A stretch of DNA of 32,000 nucleotides from NCBI RefSeq assembly GCF_000012805.1, contig NC_007484.1, forward strand, positions 2,370,001 to 2,402,000, given 5' to 3'. Source of the stretch: Nitrosococcus oceani ATCC 19707. GTDB taxonomy: Bacteria; Pseudomonadota; Gammaproteobacteria; Nitrosococcales; Nitrosococcaceae. Shown piece after piece: positions 1 to 8,824 of this stretch. The notes below the pieces were generated by a model. That model was not told the DNA's origin. It did no database searches and worked only from the letters and a program-made list of their open reading frames with translations. The translations under genes were made by a program, and so were the position numbers. The stretch's first letter is position 1; the number at the start of each line of letters is the position of its first letter.

Positions 1-1
1 G

Positions 2-1357
2 CAGGGCTTTAACGTGGCGGGCTATGATCGAAATCCCGAGAAAGGAGCCCGCCTGACTCAGATGGCCCAAAAACAGCTTGCAGAAGATGCACCGATGGAA
101 GCCTACCATGATATCCAGCCCTTTATAGCCAGCCTCCGCCAGCCACGGCTCATCCTCCTGCTCGTTCCCGCCGGCGATCCAGTGGACGGCGTTATCCAGG
201 ATCTCAGCCCCGACCTTGAGCAAGGCACTATCCTGATTGATGGAGGGAATTCTCATTTTCGGGATACTGATCGCCGTATTCAAACCCTCGCGCAACAAAA
301 TGTCCACTTTGTGGGAATGGGAGTCTCCGGTGGCGAGGCCGGCGCCCGTCACGGTCCAAGCATGATGCCTGGAGGCGATTCAACTGCTTGGGAAAGGCTG
401 CGCCCCATGCTGGAGGCCGCTGCGGCAAAAGTGGGGGAAGAGCCGTGTGTAGACTGGCTGGGACGGGGTTCAGCCGGTCATTACGTGAAGATGGTTCACA
501 ATGGTATTGAATATAGCTTGATGCAGCTCATCAGCGAAAGTTATGACTTGATGTACCGGGGACTGGGCCTTAGCCATGAAAAGATGCATCCGATTTATGA
601 AAGCTGGGCCCAGGGCCCCATGGGAGGATTTCTCCTGGAAATTACCGCCGATATCCTGCTGCAACGGGACCCTCTGGGGGAAGGTTATCTGCTAGATAAT
701 ATTCTCGACACCGCCCACCAAAAAGGCACGGGTCAATGGACTTCTCAGGAAAGCTTCACCCTTCAGACGCCGACGCCCCTCATTGATATCGCCGTTACCC
801 AGCGAGTACTTTCCGCTATAAAGGCGCAGCGCCAACAGGCCAGTCAACTGTTAAAGGGACCTAGCGAGATGATGCCGGTTCACCGGGAAGCTTTCCTGAC
901 CCAACTGGGTAACGCCCTCCAGATGGCAATGCAACTGACCTATGCCCAGGGCATGCATCTGTTGCAAGTCGCAAATCAGCATTATGATTACCATCTCTCC
1001 CTAGAAACGGTCACGCGCATCTGGCGCGGAGGGTGCATTATCCGTTCCCAATTACTGGAGCAGTTGCGCGCCGTTTACCAGCGCGATCCCAGCCTCATCA
1101 ACCCCATTCTTGATACTACCTATGCGGCCACCATCGCTCAAAACCATGCGGATCTCAGGGAAGTAGTCTGCGCGGCAAGCTACTGGGGAATCCCCGCCCC
1201 CGGACTTATGACCGCGCTTAGCTACTACGATAGTTATCGTGGTGCCTGGCTGCCCGCTAATTTACTCCAGGCCCAGCGGGATTATTTTGGCGGCCACACC
1301 TTCCAACGTACCGATCGGGAAGGTAACTTTCATGTGGAATGGAGCAAAAATAAATGA
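2..1357 (+). CDS. gnd: 6-phosphogluconate dehydrogenase (decarboxylating), 5'-truncated by the window edge
   Basis: The frame is open from nt 2 (QGFNVAGYDRNPEK...), so the N-terminal Rossmann segment lies upstream of the window. Family hallmarks are present: IDGGNSHF, GMGVSGGEAGARHGPSMMPGG, HYVKMVHNGIEY, C-terminal AQRDYFGGHTF. The stop overlaps the zwf start (ATGA at 1354-1357). Confidence 0.9.
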   Translation, partial: QGFNVAGYDRNPEKGARLTQMAQKQLAEDAPMEAYHDIQPFIASLRQPRLILLLVPAGDPVDGVIQDLSPDLEQGTILIDGGNSHFRDTDRRIQTLAQQNVHFVGMGVSGGEAGARHGPSMMPGGDSTAWERLRPMLEAAAAKVGEEPCVDWLGRGSAGHYVKMVHNGIEYSLMQLISESYDLMYRGLGLSHEKMHPIYESWAQGPMGGFLLEITADILLQRDPLGEGYLLDNILDTAHQKGTGQWTSQESFTLQTPTPLIDIAVTQRVLSAIKAQRQQASQLLKGPSEMMPVHREAFLTQLGNALQMAMQLTYAQGMHLLQVANQHYDYHLSLETVTRIWRGGCIIRSQLLEQLRAVYQRDPSLINPILDTTYAATIAQNHADLREVVCAASYWGIPAPGLMTALSYYDSYRGAWLPANLLQAQRDYFGGHTFQRTDREGNFHVEWSKNK

Positions 1358-2877
1358 TGGAATCGCACTCTTCCCAGCAACCGCCTACCGTCTTTGTCCT
1401 TTTTGGCGCCGGAGGTGATCTTGCCTGGCGCCTCATTCTACCGGCCTTGTTTAACCTCTACCTGGATAAATCCCTTCCCCAGCAATGGATGCTAATGGGT
1501 ATTGATCGCCAGGATTATGATCAGCACTCCCTGGCCCAACATTACCGGAAAGGTATCCAACAGCATTCCCGCCGGCCTATCCCTGATGAGAAAACCTGGC
1601 AATCCTTTGCCCAATTGCTCCGCTATCACCAGGCTGACATTACGGACCCGGGCAGTTATACCCAACTAGCGAAAGCGCTGGCAGAGCAGGATAAAGCCTG
1701 GCATGGGAAGGCTGAACGGGTGTTTTACCTGGCCACGCCACCCTTTCTCTTTGCTGACCTAGCTAATGGCTTGGGCGAAGCGGGTCTCGCCAAGGAACGG
1801 CAACACGCCAGAGTTGTCGTGGAAAAACCCCTGGGCCATAACTTGGAATCCTTTTGTGAAATTAACCAAGCTTTGAACCATCACTTTGAGGAATCCCAAA
1901 TTTATCGCATGGATCATTTTTTGGGCAAGGAAACTGTGCAAAACATCCTTGCGCTGCGCTTTGCCAATCCTATTTTCGAACCTATCTGGAATCGCCGTTA
2001 TATTGACCATATCGCCATTACCGCAGCTGAAACCTTGGGTGTGGAGCATCGGGCCGGCTATTACGAACGAGCCGGGGCACTACGGGACATGGTTCAAAAC
2101 CACCTCCTGCAACTATTATGCTTAGTGGCCATGGAGCCCCCGATCGCCTTTAATGCCTATGATTTACGGGACCGCCGGATGGATCTCATGCATGCTATAC
2201 GGCCCATAACGGAAGAAGAAGTAGGACGCTATGCTGCCCGGGGCCAGTATGGGGCAGGTTGGATAAGGGGGACTCAAGTGCCCGCTTACCGGGAGGAAGA
2301 CGAAGTCGCCCCTGATTCCAATACTGAGACTTATTGCGCCTTGGAGTTACACATAGACAATTGGCGCTGGCAAGGGGTGCCCTTTTATTTGCGTACTGGC
2401 AAGCGCTTGCCAGTAGACGCCTCGGAGATTTCCATTCGCTTTCAGGAAGTACCCCATCAGGCTTTTCCGGCCTCAGCTGGACTTAACGCCCAGCCAGCGC
2501 AATTGGTCATTCGGCTGCAGCCCGAGGAAGGGATCGTACTCAGGTTTATGGCTAAACAGCCCGGTCCGCAGCTAATCCTGCGTCCAGTAGAAATGCGTTT
2601 TAGCTACCAGGAGGCTTTCCAGACCGCTTCGCCTACCGCCTACGAGACCTTGCTTTGGGATATTATGCAAGGAGATGCCACCCTATTTACCCGAGCGGAT
2701 CAAGTAGAGGCCGCTTGGCGCCTGCTGATGCCCATACTCAACGTTTGGGAGACTAACCCCGCCATAGACTTCCCCAACTACCATGCCGGCACCTGGGGAC
2801 CGGAGACCGCCGAGGTTTTAATCGCCCATAGCGGCAGAAGCTGGCTCGCTCCTAGCCTGTCTGAGCGGGAAGGATAG
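1354..2877 (+). CDS. zwf: glucose-6-phosphate 1-dehydrogenase
   Basis: N-terminal FVLFGAGGDLAWR dinucleotide-binding motif; active-site signature RMDHFLGKE (RIDHYLGKE family); VQNHLLQLL motif; 507 aa, typical length. Translationally coupled to gnd. Confidence 0.93.
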   Translation: MMESHSSQQPPTVFVLFGAGGDLAWRLILPALFNLYLDKSLPQQWMLMGIDRQDYDQHSLAQHYRKGIQQHSRRPIPDEKTWQSFAQLLRYHQADITDPGSYTQLAKALAEQDKAWHGKAERVFYLATPPFLFADLANGLGEAGLAKERQHARVVVEKPLGHNLESFCEINQALNHHFEESQIYRMDHFLGKETVQNILALRFANPIFEPIWNRRYIDHIAITAAETLGVEHRAGYYERAGALRDMVQNHLLQLLCLVAMEPPIAFNAYDLRDRRMDLMHAIRPITEEEVGRYAARGQYGAGWIRGTQVPAYREEDEVAPDSNTETYCALELHIDNWRWQGVPFYLRTGKRLPVDASEISIRFQEVPHQAFPASAGLNAQPAQLVIRLQPEEGIVLRFMAKQPGPQLILRPVEMRFSYQEAFQTASPTAYETLLWDIMQGDATLFTRADQVEAAWRLLMPILNVWETNPAIDFPNYHAGTWGPETAEVLIAHSGRSWLAPSLSEREG

Positions 2878-3332
2878 CTTGAGCCCCCATGGAATCAGCG
2901 TCTTTTTCAATTGGGCAAGCGATAAAGCGTCGAAAAAAATTTCAACTCGGGGCTTTATTTATTACCAAACTCAAAGAAATAGGAACATAAGCGCTTAGCT
3001 ATTCTCTCATCCACCTACCAACGAGTTTGCTCTCTGCCCTGATCGATGACACTTAATCAGGACAAAAATTCTCTCTTAACTTTCGTTTTCTTTCCGATCA
3101 ACCGTTATACCATCGGCATTTAACTTATACCGAACTGCCTCAAAAAAGGTGAAACGATAAGTTTTTAGTCTTTTGCCGTATTAAATGATGTGAAATCCCG
3201 CACTTTAAATTACCTACCAGGACAGGTTTTTTACAACCCTTTGTTATTTCTATAAAACTTAATCTGGCATGGATTGTGAAAGGCTTTATAGCAGCCAATG
3301 GTGGGAAATAGGCTAAAGGAGGCACATTAGTA

Positions 3333-3548
3333 ATGAGGAAACAAACTCGTTTTCGCTGTGCGGCGCAAAGGGGATGGTATTTTGTCACGGGGGAAGGTGA
3401 GGTGGGATTTTTTGATACACGGCGAGAAGCAGAACGGGTGTATCTGCGCTATGCATCTGAAAAAGCCATGACCTATAAGAGAGAGCAAAAACCAGAGTGC
3501 AAAGAAACGAAACCCATTACCAACTCTATTAAATTACAGGCTATATAG
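3333..3548 (+). CDS. small hypothetical protein (71 aa)
   Basis: Strong SD AAAGGAGG at 3316-3323, 9 nt before the ATG, and a rho-independent terminator about 70 nt downstream. The motif RGWYFVTGEGEVGFFDTRREAERVYLRY resembles, from memory, a small gammaproteobacterial protein family (WYF.TREG..GPF...EA; possibly DUF6316). That assignment is unverified. Confidence 0.5.
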   Translation: MRKQTRFRCAAQRGWYFVTGEGEVGFFDTRREAERVYLRYASEKAMTYKREQKPECKETKPITNSIKLQAI

Positions 3549-3619
3549 CAAAATTTTACTCTTTGATTGACCCTCCTCTCCCTTAACTTGTTAGGGATAA
3601 CAATTTTAATTTATGACTG

Positions 3620-3648
3620 CGGCACAAGGAAGTGCCGTTTATTTTTTT
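3620..3648 (+). terminator. rho-independent terminator
   Basis: Stem CGGCAC (3620-3625) / GTGCCG (3632-3637), 6-nt loop, then TTTATTTTTTT (3638-3648). Confidence 0.6.
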
Positions 3649-3764
3649 ACGGGAATACTCAAAATAATTAAATCTTATTCAAAAACTAACGCAACGAAAC
3701 CTGAAATATTGCATATAGGCCATCCCGTTGCTTTTCATTGGTATACCTAATTACAGCGAAGGGC

Positions 3765-4208
3765 TTATTGTCGCTTGAGCCAAGAAATAAGAGCCTCTTT
3801 GTCTTCCTCGGGAAGTTCCGAACCATAGTAATGGCCTCGATTTTCAACAATATCATCGCAGAGAAGTACATTGGTCTCCGGGTCGCGGCTAAAGACAAAA
3901 GTCAATGGCGTGCCAGCCGGGAAAGGTCCAGCCGATACCGGCAAAACGTTGATTTTGGACACACGAAATGGTGAGAGCAGCTCACGCATTGCGACTTCAT
4001 AGGCATCTGCTCGGTCCTTATAGACCTGGGAAGAGAAGGTCGCCCACAAATGGTCCGCCTCCCATTGGGAAGTGAGGGCGCGGCAGGCGTTGGTAGCGTT
4101 TGCTGGATCTTGAACAAGCGGATTTACCTCATTGTTGGAGAGAACATGTCTGGCCTTACCCTTAAGCGTGTGACAGGAGGCGCAGGATAGACCCAAGATC
4201 TTAAGCAC
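3765..4208 (-). CDS. hypothetical protein with N-terminal CxxCH motif (possible degraded c-type cytochrome)
   Basis: 147-aa ORF with a GTG start. CASCH at residues 9-13 and a C-terminal helix (LPEEDKEALISWLK) are reminiscent of class I cytochrome c. There is no signal peptide. An in-frame TGA lies 2 codons upstream of the GTG, and the only good SD (AAGGAG, 4245-4250) is too far away. Confidence 0.4.
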   Translation of the reverse strand: MLKILGLSCASCHTLKGKARHVLSNNEVNPLVQDPANATNACRALTSQWEADHLWATFSSQVYKDRADAYEVAMRELLSPFRVSKINVLPVSAGPFPAGTPLTFVFSRDPETNVLLCDDIVENRGHYYGSELPEEDKEALISWLKRQ

Positions 4209-4289
4209 CTTTCACAACTCTCTTCCCTGAAGTAAGATCTCTATCTCCTTAAATAAAGGTAGCATTTCCATTTTGCTTTTCAAGAAAAA

Positions 4290-4565
4290 CTAAGAACTAA
4301 CATTGGAGTTCTCCATGGATGGTGAACGACCCCCCAGCGAGCGTGCGAGAGCCAGGTTACTTGCGTTTTTCCATGAATTCGCGCTATGATTTTCCCGTTG
4401 CCAGTAGCGCGACCTACCCTCGGTAGGAGGGGAAGTGATGCGCGTGGAGGGTGATACCCAACCGAGGGCCTTGCGCGCTAAGTCGTGGCCAGCCCGAGGC
4501 ACCCATTGAAGCGCGAACTCTCCAGGCTGATGAGGTTTTGTAGGAACAAAATCGACATCAGTCAT
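4290..4565 (-). CDS. hypothetical protein (91 aa from the MTDVDF start)
   Basis: GGAG lies 7 nt upstream of the ATG at 4565. The gene is divergent from the GDSL gene. The C-terminal stretch NSWKNASNLALARSLGGRSPSMENSNV faintly resembles the C-terminus of FGE/SUMF1-family proteins (GGSWNNNA.N.R.A.R....P..R.NN.GFR), so it may be a gene remnant. Confidence 0.3.
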   Translation of the reverse strand: MTDVDFVPTKPHQPGEFALQWVPRAGHDLARKALGWVSPSTRITSPPTEGRSRYWQRENHSANSWKNASNLALARSLGGRSPSMENSNVSS

Positions 4566-4658
4566 GGCGAAACTCCAAAGGCCGATTTCCACAATAGGTA
4601 CGTTATATAGATTTGGAATTCCGGAAGCGGCCGAAATTTATAGGATGTTTGATTCCCA

Positions 4659-5861
4659 ATGAGAAACTTCTCCCTTCACATTTCTCATATTTGTCTCATT
4701 TTACTCATCTTACTTAGTCCGAGCAGCGTTATCGCTTCGCCGATCCCCATGATCATTTTTGGCGATAGCCTGTCTGACACCGGAAATATGTTTAGCCTGA
4801 GCGGTGGCGCGCTTCCACCCAGCCCTCCCTATGCGGAAAAATTTTCAAACGGCCTCAATTGGGTGGATCAAATTGCCGCTGACTATGGTCTCGGAGCGCC
4901 TAACAATGTCTATTCAAGCGGCGTACTGGCCGGAGAAATCGACAACTTCGCCATAGGCGGGGCCTATACGGGACCTTGGCCGTTTGATTTCTCTAGTCTG
5001 GGGACACTACCGAGTCGCAACAGTAATGACGGCCTTGTGGGCGCACCAATACTTCCTGGTTTACAAGGCGAGGTAGCGCTGCCGGGCGCCGCACTGTCCC
5101 AAGTCGAACTCTTTAGTCTAGTGAGCGGTGGCACGGCACCAAGCAATGCAAGGTATACGATTTGGGCAGGGGCAAACGACTTGATATTCGCTCCTGAGTT
5201 CAGCCCCGCTGGTACTTTGGCTTCCGCAGACGTGGCAGCATCCGGGGTGACCAATATTCGTATGACTATTGAGGATCTTGCGGCGATGGGGGCTGAAAAA
5301 TTCCTTGTTCTAAACTTACCCGATCTCGGGAGTACCCCATTGGGGATTCTATCAGGACGGGAAGCCGAGCTGACTGCGGGGACGGAGCTCTTTAATATTG
5401 GGCTAGAGAGAATGATCACAGAGGTTTCCGCCACCCTTGGAATTGAGATCACGCTGCTCGATATCCACACGATATTTGATAACTTACTAGCGGCGGCCCT
5501 AGCAGATCCCGCAGCCACAGGCTTTCCCGACGTAGCGGCATTGACCTCATTGGGCGTCCCACCCGGCTTTGCATTTTGCATCGACCAGAGGGCATTGACC
5601 AATTTCTGTGCGCCTGGGTTTGAGCCGAATGATCGTATTTTCTGGGACCTGCTCCATCCGACCGCACGAACCTACAGTCTGATTGCTGATGCCGTGGTAA
5701 GAACCGAGATCCCCGAACCCACCACACTAGTACTGATTGGGCTCGGTCTAGCAGGATTAGGGTTCACAAGACAAGGCAGATTTAAACTCGGGCTTTGGGG
5801 TCTCGGTGGAATTCGAGCACAATCTCATTCAGAAACGAACGCCAAGCCGATCTTGCTATAG
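4659..5861 (+). CDS. secreted SGNH/GDSL-family esterase/lipase with PEP-CTERM sorting domain
   Basis: Signal peptide (LILLILLSPSSVIASP); block I IIFGDSLSDTGN with the catalytic Ser; C-terminal block WDLLHPT. PEP-CTERM signature IPEPTTLVLIGLGLAGLGFTRQGR is encoded at about 5711-5785, followed by an unusual 26-aa tail. Confidence 0.85.
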   Translation: MRNFSLHISHICLILLILLSPSSVIASPIPMIIFGDSLSDTGNMFSLSGGALPPSPPYAEKFSNGLNWVDQIAADYGLGAPNNVYSSGVLAGEIDNFAIGGAYTGPWPFDFSSLGTLPSRNSNDGLVGAPILPGLQGEVALPGAALSQVELFSLVSGGTAPSNARYTIWAGANDLIFAPEFSPAGTLASADVAASGVTNIRMTIEDLAAMGAEKFLVLNLPDLGSTPLGILSGREAELTAGTELFNIGLERMITEVSATLGIEITLLDIHTIFDNLLAAALADPAATGFPDVAALTSLGVPPGFAFCIDQRALTNFCAPGFEPNDRIFWDLLHPTARTYSLIADAVVRTEIPEPTTLVLIGLGLAGLGFTRQGRFKLGLWGLGGIRAQSHSETNAKPILL

Positions 5862-6950
5862 CTCGGCCAGTTTACCATTCCGGCAATACCAGCATCGGTC
5901 GCAGCGACTTGCTAACAACACCGCCTACTACCCGGCGGCAGTGATCCAACTACACGAGCGCCAACATTTGAACCAGAAAGCTTGAGCTCATGGTCGCCCT
6001 GAAGAAAGGTAGGCTAGAGCACGGCCCAAGTTAAGATAGTAGGAGAAGCGCGTCTGATAGAGAGCGCTCTTGGATCGGGGTGGCAATACAGCGGTCAAAT
6101 GTATAAATTATCCAACAGGAGATAGGTCGGCGCTTCGTGGCCTTGCTTCCTGCTTGCGATGCGCTCATCCTAAGCGCCCGCTCCGCGCGGGGTGCCGCTT
6201 AACTTTGGCCCGATAGCTGCCTACTGCTGATCCATGGCGATGACAATAAACCCGGTTACTCCACGCTAAAGATTAGAAGATTTATGAACTTTACCGCTTA
6301 TCCATGATCTAATTTTGAGTTAGCCAAAAATCTGAATATGGAGGGCGATTTTCTTATTTTTCAGTTGGATATTTCTTTAAACATCGAAAAAAATACTGAA
6401 TGAAAAGCCGAAATAACATAATAATGGCGGGGCACCGCATACCCTATCCCCTACAAAAACCCATAGTCTTCTCACAGGCAGAGGAAAGCGGTTCTATTAC
6501 TTATTACAATCTGGTGCTATCTCTCAAGAACACCTTAAGGCAATATAACGGATTAAATTCAAGAGACACGGGGGGGAAGGACAACCCTTGGCCATAAAGG
6601 CGCTTTGAGGGCATAGGCAGTATTCTATAAATTCAAGCCTCTATATTTTCATTGAGATCCCTTCGGGATCGTCACCAAAAACGGAATATATCCTAGCAGA
6701 TGCCAGAGCGGCCCAAATTAATCCTACATTTCTAACTCCTAACGGTGAATGGAGAGTCCATGCCACTCCAAGGAGAAAAAATGTAACGATGGCGTGCCGC
6801 ATCAACCCCACAACGGCAGAAATATCACTGCCTTCACGACGAAAGGCTGGCTATGGGGGGCAGAAGCCTCGGATCTCAATTTACTTAACCATACCATAGT
6901 AAATGGTTTTTAAAAAACATCGTATATTAGCAATACAGGAGAATAGGTCC

Positions 6951-8690
6951 ATGGATTTTGAAATGAGACAAGAGGAGCTGAAAAGGCTTATTCTCAAAGG
7001 CAAGGCGCAAGGTTTGCTGACTGAGGAAGAGTTACAAGACTACATTATACAGGAAGTGGAGGACAGTGATGAGGCTGAAACCATGGCCCATCTCTTTCAT
7101 CATCACCAGGGTCTCGATGAATTTAACGAAGCCCTAGATTCCACACTATTGCTTAAAAATAGCTCGGAGGAGGAAATAGCTGAAACACTTCCGACTTTAG
7201 AAGGAGAAAGCACGGGAGCAGTTAGTGATATGGTCTATGCCTACATGCGGGAGATGGGCGCCCATGCACTCCTTACCCGCGAGGAAGAAATCACCTTAGC
7301 CAAGGCGATTGAGACAGGATTAAGCCAAAGCACCGAAGCCTTAGGTAACTGTCCCGCAGCCGTGGCTGAGCTGGTACGTTGGGCCGAAGAAGTGGCCACA
7401 GGCAAGGGCCGTTTGAAAGACTGGCTAACTGGCTTTACTGAACCAGAAATAGAAGAAACTGAGATAAAGGACGGGAAAGAATCAAGTTTGGAAGCAACGA
7501 GCAAGCATCTATCCCGAGTCCGCACTCTTTATGGCAACCTAGAGGCAACTTTAGCCCAAGAAGGGGTAGCAAGCCCCCGAGCACGAGAGCTGCGAAGGAA
7601 ACTTGCTCGGGAATTTCAGTTCCTGCGCCTAATTCCGTCCAGAATTAATCAGCTGACTCAATTGGTGCAAGGCTGGATAAGCAAAGCCCAAACCCAGGAA
7701 CAAATCATAAGGTCCTGCTGTATCCATCAAGGTGAGATGTCCCAAGAGGACTTTTGGCACAATTTTTCCAGCGGTACCACTCATCCCCAGTGGTTGGATG
7801 ACCTTCTAGCCCACAGTCGGATAGACCGGCAAGGGCTGCAGACCCAAGCCAAAACGCTTCGAGCAGCCCAAGCAGTACTGCTTCAGGTGGAAGTCGAGGC
7901 GGGACTCCCTCTGGACGAGCTCAAGGCAATTCACCAACGCCTGGTCCGAAGCCAATTTCAAGCGCAGCGGGCTAAAGCACAAATGGTGGAGGCCAATCTG
8001 CGCCTGGTGGTCTCGGTAGCGAAGAAGTATCGCAATCGGGGATTGACCTTTCTGGATTTGATCCAAGAGGGGAATATCGGCTTGATGAAAGCGGTGGACA
8101 AATTCGATTACCACCGGGGCTATAAATTCTCTACCTATGCCCATTGGTGGATCCGGCAGGCAATTACGCGAGCTATTGACGATCAGTCCCGAACTATCCG
8201 TATTCCGGTCCATGTGATGGAGAAACTCAGCAAACTCAACCGGGCCTCCTACCAGCTCCGACAGGAAAAAGGCCGCGAAGGCCGTCCTGAGGAATTGGCC
8301 GAACGTCTCGCCCTGTCCGAGCAACAGATTCATCGTATGCACGAGATCGCTAAACAACCCATCTCCTTGGAAACCCCCCTAGGTAAAGATGAGGACTCGC
8401 AATTAGGTGAACTCATGGAAGACGAGCAAGTCCCAAATCCCATGGAGGTTGCTATCACAGCCGGACTGCAGACCGGGGCCCAGCAGTTGCTCGCAGCACT
8501 TTCTCCCCGAGAGGCCCAGGTGGTTGCCATGCGCTTTGGGATCGGTATGGACACTGACCATACCTTGGGAGAAGTGGCCCAGCAATTTGATTTGAGCCGG
8601 GAACGAATCCGGCAAATCGAGGCTCAAGCCTTGGGTAAACTGCGTCGCTTGGGCCACTCCAAGGCCCTGCGCAACTTTCTCGAAGACTAG
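6951..8690 (+). CDS. rpoD: RNA polymerase sigma-70 family factor, RpoD-like (group 1/2)
   Basis: Region 1.1-like acidic N-terminus; region 1.2 ([24 protein letters not shown]); region 2 ([41 protein letters not shown]); region 3 ([16 protein letters not shown]); region 4.2 HTH ([28 protein letters not shown]). The ATG at 6951 has an AGGAG SD 9 nt upstream. The longer ORF start at 6903 has none. Confidence 0.88.
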   Translation: [579 protein letters not shown]

Positions 8691-8773
8691 GCCACCATTT
8701 AAAAATGGCTATCCTCTATAGGAAAGGGTTTATAGGAACAAAAAAGCCTGCAAAGATTACCCCCAACCCTTCA

Positions 8774-8822
8774 GGCGCACCGGAACAAGGAATAAGTTCC
8801 GGGCGCCTCTTTATTTCGTTTG
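8774..8822 (+). terminator. rho-independent terminator of the sigma factor gene
   Basis: GGCGCACCGGAAC (8774-8786) pairs with GTTCCGGGCGCC (8796-8807) with one bulge, followed by TCTTTATTTCGTTT. Confidence 0.55.
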
Positions 8823-8824
8823 GT

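Noticed and set aside
3140-3388. 82-aa minus-strand ORF
   Set aside because: It overlaps the SD and start of the better-supported 3333-3548 gene and lies in AT-rich DNA where long ORFs arise by chance. It has no SD.
4964-5602. 212-aa minus-strand ORF, together with 5449-5727
   Set aside because: It is antisense to the GDSL/PEP-CTERM gene. Its Ala/Ser/Pro-rich, low-complexity translation is typical of a shadow frame.
6160-6215. CCTAAGCGCCCGC...CGCTTAAC dyad, considered as a further attC site
   Set aside because: It lacks proper AAC/GTT boxes in either orientation, is not adjacent to a cassette-like ORF, and lies on the far side of the sigma gene.
6400-6597. 65-aa plus-strand ORF in the long spacer
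   Set aside because: It has no SD, a low-complexity AT-rich translation and no recognisable motif.
7806-8357. 183-aa minus-strand ORF, plus other small ORFs at 7241-8657
   Set aside because: They are antisense or out of frame within the RpoD-like gene, whose regions 2-4 are unambiguous.
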